Positions 38,335-43,012 of a stretch of DNA of 43,012 nt are shown here, piece after piece. A program made the position numbers and the translations under genes. The notes under the pieces are model-generated. The model searched no databases. It was not told the origin of the DNA and saw only the letters and a list, made by a program, of their open reading frames with translations. Every line of letters starts with the position of its first letter. Position 1 is the stretch's first letter. Source of the DNA: Nitrosopumilus sp. (lineage in GTDB: Archaea; Thermoproteota; Nitrososphaeria; Nitrososphaerales; Nitrosopumilaceae); contig CBDBGZ010000003.1 of the NCBI GenBank assembly GCA_965205425.1, forward strand, positions 1 to 43,012, given 5' to 3'.

Positions 38335-38637
38335 TTATTTACTTTTGTCCAATTTTCTTTCAATTTCTTCAAATGTCTCCATATTAACTTCAAGGAAAGT
38401 TGAGATAAAATAGGTCACGTTGTATTTTTCTCCAACTTTACTTATCATGTTATTTTTTTCTAGGACTCTAATATGATGTTGAATTGCCTTGTAATCAAGA
38501 CCTAATTCTTTTGCAAGTTGATTTGTATTAAACGGGTTTTCCTTTAATTTTGAAATTATCTTTAATCGATTTAGCCCCCCACGCGAACCTGCAAATACAA
38601 ACCACAAGAGTCTTTTTGCATCAGAATCATTGGCCAT
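38335..38637 (-). CDS. Winged-helix (ArsR-like) transcriptional regulator
   Basis: LLWFVFAGSRGGLNRLKII...PFNTNQLAKELGLDYKAIQHHIRVL. Confidence 0.9.
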   Translation of the reverse strand: MANDSDAKRLLWFVFAGSRGGLNRLKIISKLKENPFNTNQLAKELGLDYKAIQHHIRVLEKNNMISKVGEKYNVTYFISTFLEVNMETFEEIERKLDKSK

Positions 38638-38739
38638 AAGTTATGAAATTCCTCCTTATTTACTACTAAAAGGTATTCTGGGACAAACAAAGTAGAAAGT
38701 ATAAAAAACATAATTAGACAAATTTGAATGAACTAGAAA

Positions 38740-39621
38740 ATGATGTTAAATTATGATGCACCTATGTATAGACCACCATCAGAAGCTAGATCATTAATTT
38801 TCCAAGTAACTTTGGGTTGTTCATTTAACGAATGTTCTTTTTGTGATATGTATAGATCAAAAGAATATTCCGAAAGACCATGGGAAGATGTCAAAGCAGA
38901 AATAGATATGATGGCAGGTTATCTTCCAGATACGAAAAGAGTATTTCTTGCAGATGGCGATGCATTAAATCTTGATTCAGAATATATGATTAAAATTGTA
39001 AAGTACATTAGAGAAAAATTCCAAAACATTGAAAGAATTTCATGCTATGCAATGCCTATGAATATTCTAAAGAAAACTTCTGAAGAATTAAAGAAAATGA
39101 ATGAAGCTGGATTAGATATGTTCTATCTAGGAATAGAAAGTGGTTCAGATATTGTTTTAAAAAAAGTAACAAAGGGTGCAATTGCAAAGACAATAATCAA
39201 ATCAGTAAACAAGGCAAAAGAAGCTGGGTATGTAATGTCATGTATGGTAATTTTAGGATTAGGTGGAAAAAAATATTCAAAAGATCACATCAAAGGAACT
39301 GCTGAAGTACTTAGTGCATGTTCACCAAATTATGTTGGAGCATTAACACTCTATTTAGAAAATGGAATTAAACAAGAATTCATTGATAAATATCAAGGTG
39401 AATTTGTTAGAATTAATGATGATGAATCTTTAGAAGAATTATATGATTTAGTTGATCAAATTAATACCAAAGAGGAAATTGTGTTTAGAGTAAATCATGG
39501 TTCTAACGCATATACAATAAAGGGAACATTTCCTCAAGACAAACAAGACATGTTAGATAAAGTAGAATGGATGAAACAACATCCGGAAATTGTACGTCCT
39601 CAAGGATTACGTGGATTCTAA
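38740..39621 (+). CDS. Radical SAM protein
   Basis: YRPPSEA and CSFNECSFC (Cx4CxxC); FLADGDA. Confidence 0.9.
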   Translation: MMLNYDAPMYRPPSEARSLIFQVTLGCSFNECSFCDMYRSKEYSERPWEDVKAEIDMMAGYLPDTKRVFLADGDALNLDSEYMIKIVKYIREKFQNIERISCYAMPMNILKKTSEELKKMNEAGLDMFYLGIESGSDIVLKKVTKGAIAKTIIKSVNKAKEAGYVMSCMVILGLGGKKYSKDHIKGTAEVLSACSPNYVGALTLYLENGIKQEFIDKYQGEFVRINDDESLEELYDLVDQINTKEEIVFRVNHGSNAYTIKGTFPQDKQDMLDKVEWMKQHPEIVRPQGLRGF

Positions 39622-40085
39622 ATTAGATTTTCTTGGTTAAGATACACTACTTTGAAGATTTTAACTGAATAATCACCATCAAAAATTTTACTTGTTATGC
39701 CATCATCAGAATGCAAAACTCTGAATTTATACTCATAATTACCGTTTGAGTTTACATCAGTCTGAGCAAAATGAACGGCATCGTTTTCTTTGAAAATTTG
39801 GATAATTACTGGGTAACCCTCAACATGATTTGCAATTTTTCCTTCTACAAATGCCCATGGTAATGCATTATCTTCTGAAGAATGGAAAAGAAGAGTTGTT
39901 TTTTCAAGACCTATCATTCCGTTAAATGAAACAATTTCAGTTTGAGATTCATGAGTATGATCATTAATTAGAACTTGACCTGAATGAGGATGCGCAAAAA
40001 CAGAATCTGCTGAAAAAGCAAAAAGAAAACTCATAGACAAAATGGTTGAAAATAAAACTACTTTATTCATATCAAAATCTTGCAT
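39618..40085 (-). CDS. Hypothetical secreted protein
   Basis: Signal peptide ending VFA-HPH; His-rich mature N-terminus. Confidence 0.8.
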   Translation of the reverse strand: MQDFDMNKVVLFSTILSMSFLFAFSADSVFAHPHSGQVLINDHTHESQTEIVSFNGMIGLEKTTLLFHSSEDNALPWAFVEGKIANHVEGYPVIIQIFKENDAVHFAQTDVNSNGNYEYKFRVLHSDDGITSKIFDGDYSVKIFKVVYLNQENLI

Positions 40086-40110
40086 TATAGTAGTTTAAGA
40101 ATTTTTCAAA

Positions 40111-40362
40111 CTAGAGATTGTCAATTATAGATTTGAGATGTTCTGGAAGTTCAGGTAATTCAGTGTGGCTTTCATTATTTTGAAGATTTTCAGGACCTAT
40201 ACGTCTAACACGTTGGGTTCCAAGAAGAGTATCAATATTTCTTTGAATATCTTTTTCTGACAATATTGTTTTTAATTTTTCAAAGATTGTTTCTTCATTT
40301 TCATATTTTTTAATCCCATATTGAACTAAAATTGTTTTTTCTTCAGAAGTATAATCAGTCAT
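40111..40362 (-). CDS. Hypothetical protein
   Basis: 83-aa ORF, non-overlapping, normal composition. Confidence 0.75.
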   Translation of the reverse strand: MTDYTSEEKTILVQYGIKKYENEETIFEKLKTILSEKDIQRNIDTLLGTQRVRRIGPENLQNNESHTELPELPEHLKSIIDNL

Positions 40363-40443
40363 GTTTTTGAAAAGAAGTCTATGGCTAATAGTCTTTGTAA
40401 ATCAAAAAATAGTTAAAATATGATGAATTGTAAATGAACCTAC

Positions 40444-40935
40444 TTGGTAAGTAAATTACAATTAATTTCAAATGTACTAACAACAAAAAGATATGCCTCT
40501 ATTGCAATTATTAGTGGTACTGGGTTAGGAATAATTTATTATTTTTTGACAATGTCAATGCTGCCTACTCATTTGGGAACCACCATGGAGATCATGCCTT
40601 TTTACATTATTACATCAGTTGTATTAACCATTATAATTTCAGCTTTAGCTGGAGTAAATTTTGCAATGATGGCATCTAAAATCAAAAGAATGAAGATGAT
40701 GAATTCAGTCAAATCAAATTCTTCAGCAATGTTGGGAGGAGCATTTGCAGCATTTACACCAGGATGTCCTGCATGTACAGCACCACTGGCAGTAATCTTA
40801 GGTGCAGTTGGAGGGTTATCATTATTTCCAATGCAAGGATTAGAATTGAAATTCATTTCAGTAGGAGTGTTGATTTTCTCTATTTGGTGGATTGCAAGAG
40901 GACTACAAAGTAAAAGTTGTTGTAAAATAGGATAA
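40444..40935 (+). CDS. Membrane protein with intramembrane GCPAC and terminal CC
   Basis: Four TM segments, TPGCPACT, KSCCKIG. Confidence 0.82.
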   Translation: MVSKLQLISNVLTTKRYASIAIISGTGLGIIYYFLTMSMLPTHLGTTMEIMPFYIITSVVLTIIISALAGVNFAMMASKIKRMKMMNSVKSNSSAMLGGAFAAFTPGCPACTAPLAVILGAVGGLSLFPMQGLELKFISVGVLIFSIWWIARGLQSKSCCKIG

Positions 40936-40942
40936 TTTTGAA

Positions 40943-41302
40943 TTATTCTTCATCATTATCTCCCCACTGTCTACCAAGATTTGATAAGACTCTAAAAGCA
41001 AATCTATCTATGTTAATGTGAGATTCGGCAATGATCATTACCACTTTATCGTATATTGGAAAACTCATTATTACAACTCGCTCTCTTCGTGATGCAGAAT
41101 ATTTTACATGACCTAGTTCAGAGTTGAACTTTTTTCTTTTTGTAACTCGTGATGCCAATTCTGTACTGATGGATTTATGTTGTTCTTCAGATAATCTAGA
41201 ACAGGTTCCTTCTTTGTAACCTCCATCTAAGAGAGTTCCAGAACCATCAAGTAATCCTGCAAAAAGAATTTCTGGATCTTCTAGAATCTTATTAAGATCC
41301 AT
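40943..41302 (-). CDS. Thaumarchaeal roadblock/profilin-like protein (DUF6659-like)
   Basis: ILFAGLLD...LGHVKYSASRRERVVIMSFP pattern. Confidence 0.75.
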   Translation of the reverse strand: MDLNKILEDPEILFAGLLDGSGTLLDGGYKEGTCSRLSEEQHKSISTELASRVTKRKKFNSELGHVKYSASRRERVVIMSFPIYDKVVMIIAESHINIDRFAFRVLSNLGRQWGDNDEE

Positions 41303-41372
41303 AAGGAAAATCTAAAATCACCTCATATTAATAGTGAAATTGATTCTCAGCATAGAAATTAGATATTCAAAA

Positions 41373-41825
41373 TTAATCTAAATTCTTTATAAATGAAAGA
41401 GATAATTGTTCAAATCCCAAATGTTTGTAGAATTGATGAGAGTCTTTTCTCTGATTTCCAGATTCTAATCTAATTCTATGACAGTTTTTCTCTTGTGCAA
41501 GAGTTATACAAGAATGAATTAATTTTTTACCTATTCCCTGTTTTTGATATTTTTCAAGTACAATTAATTCTGGAATGTACATCTCCAAAGTAAGTTGATT
41601 TAGTCGCGGTAAAAACATCACACTGACCATACCAACTATTTTCATATCATCAATTTCTGCAACAAGAACTGTTTTGTCTGAATCTTTCACATATTTTGTA
41701 ACTAATTTACGAAATATTTCAATATCAGAGTCTTTTTTGGGTTTTGGACGTCCAAGATCATATAGTAATCCAAGAAGTATAGGAACATCTTTCTCAGAAG
41801 CTGGTCTAACTAATGTAATATCCAT
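41373..41825 (-). CDS. GNAT acetyltransferase
   Basis: YQKQGIGKKL and FYKHLGF motifs. Confidence 0.9.
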   Translation of the reverse strand: MDITLVRPASEKDVPILLGLLYDLGRPKPKKDSDIEIFRKLVTKYVKDSDKTVLVAEIDDMKIVGMVSVMFLPRLNQLTLEMYIPELIVLEKYQKQGIGKKLIHSCITLAQEKNCHRIRLESGNQRKDSHQFYKHLGFEQLSLSFIKNLD

Positions 41826-41965
41826 AGTATAGATTGCAAGTAATTCTATAAGAAGTACATCTCACAGTATGAATCAAGGTCATCTACCCCATCAGGAACA
41901 AAAATGGAAACTAAAAACAAATTCTAGACGTGAGGCTTGATACATACATCTCACATTATACTTAA

Positions 41966-42592
41966 TCAAGATTTTTTCTTCAAAACTGAAAATAATGCTT
42001 TTGGGTAAAATTCAAGTGCACCGTGAAATTCGCTATCTTTAATTTTTAAAATATCAAAATTTTCATTAAAAGAATCAATAATCTCTTGCTTGGATAATTT
42101 GTGTGGCATGTCATTATCAGGTATACTTTTTTCTTCAATACTCATACATTTTAAAAATAAAATTCCACCATCATTCAATATTCGTTTGATTTGTTGTACA
42201 TATTGTGGTCTTTGAGAAACATCAAAAATGTGAAAAATACCCCTGTCTAAAATAAAATCAAATTTTTTATCAGGAAGCTTAGAATTTAAGACATCATCTA
42301 CTAAAAAATTAATTTCATTTGATAGTTTTTTAGCTTTTTCTATTGCATTTTGAGAAATATCAGTTCCAGTTACTTTGAAATTATATTTTGATAATTGTAA
42401 TGCTTGTGTTCCTGGACCGGTACCTAAATCCAAGAAATTTCCATCATTATAATTATGAGATTTGATTTCGTTTTCAATGTCATGATCTAAGTTTTTCGCA
42501 TACCAAGGCATTGTTTCAACTTCAGTTTCTTTATAGTAATCATCCCAACCTGGAAAAGTTTTTTTAAAATCTTCTAATTCTTTGTTAGTCAT
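41966..42592 (-). CDS. Class I SAM-dependent methyltransferase
   Basis: LDLGTGPG and FDFILDRGIFH motifs. Confidence 0.92.
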   Translation of the reverse strand: MTNKELEDFKKTFPGWDDYYKETEVETMPWYAKNLDHDIENEIKSHNYNDGNFLDLGTGPGTQALQLSKYNFKVTGTDISQNAIEKAKKLSNEINFLVDDVLNSKLPDKKFDFILDRGIFHIFDVSQRPQYVQQIKRILNDGGILFLKCMSIEEKSIPDNDMPHKLSKQEIIDSFNENFDILKIKDSEFHGALEFYPKALFSVLKKKS

Positions 42593-42739
42593 GTATTCAA
42601 ATCAAACATTGTTACTCATAAAGAATTCGAATATTTTGTACTAATTGAAGGTAAAATGAACCCAGTGGAATTCAATCACTAAATTGGAGATAGATGTAGA
42701 TAGGTATAGATTTGATTTTATCTAGTTGCTTCAATAGAA

Positions 42740-42844
42740 TTAGTTTTCATCTTTATCCTTGTTTATGTTTTCTTTAAGTCGGTTTAGAATTTTTTTTGCT
42801 TTTTTAGATAAATCATCAAAATCAATTTTTTCTTCATCACTCAA
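42740..42844 (-). CDS. Putative 34-aa charged helical peptide
   Basis: TTG start; MSDEEKIDFDDLSKKAKKILNRLKENINKDKDEN; AT-rich box about 25 nt upstream. Confidence 0.45.
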   Translation of the reverse strand: MSDEEKIDFDDLSKKAKKILNRLKENINKDKDEN

Positions 42845-42979
42845 TTTAAGACACTTAATCTAAAATAATTTTAAGAATACAACATTAATAATAATTCTGA
42901 ATTCAAAGAATTTTTTGTAAGCTTTAGCTAGTAAAGTAAGGATTCATTTTCAAGATAGATTTTAGGAAATTATTTAGTT

Positions 42980-43012
42980 TTAATATGATTCTGCCGCACA
43001 TGCAGTAGAACA
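42980..43012 (-). CDS. Possible C-terminal end of a Cys-containing protein running off the window
   Basis: Reads CSTACAAESY* on the minus strand. Confidence 0.3.
   Translation of the reverse strand, partial: CSTACAAESY

Overview
A 43 kb chromosomal window from an ammonia-oxidising archaeon, most like Nitrosopumilus (Nitrososphaerota/Thaumarchaeota). This is judged from the AT-rich sequence, the archaeal rpl7ae-rps28e-rpl24e-ndk-aIF5B and lsm-rpl37e clusters, the 4-hydroxybutyryl-CoA synthetase/dehydratase pair of the HP/HB cycle and a CFI-box-CTERM surface protein. The core genes are ordinary. The accessory parts contain: (1) an IS630 nested in inverted orientation inside a second IS630 copy, with a microhomology deletion; (2) an uncalled 30-aa, 9-Cys metallothionein-like gene; (3) a wHTH regulator plus small 3-TM membrane protein module, present twice, whose first copy lies between a Met-rich-repeat DM13 gene and a spondin gene that share a 12-bp upstream box at the same spacing; (4) two large surface proteins sharing near-identical 150-bp repeats; (5) a lysyl-oxidase-like gene split by an IS481 with a 16-bp target duplication and a tandem-duplicated end that makes an in-frame fusion; (6) several broken genes (VOC, RNase HI at a G7 tract, a GIDE/LemA-like remnant, a split membrane protein); and (7) candidate structured intergenic RNAs. 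All family assignments come from reading motifs by eye; no searches were run.
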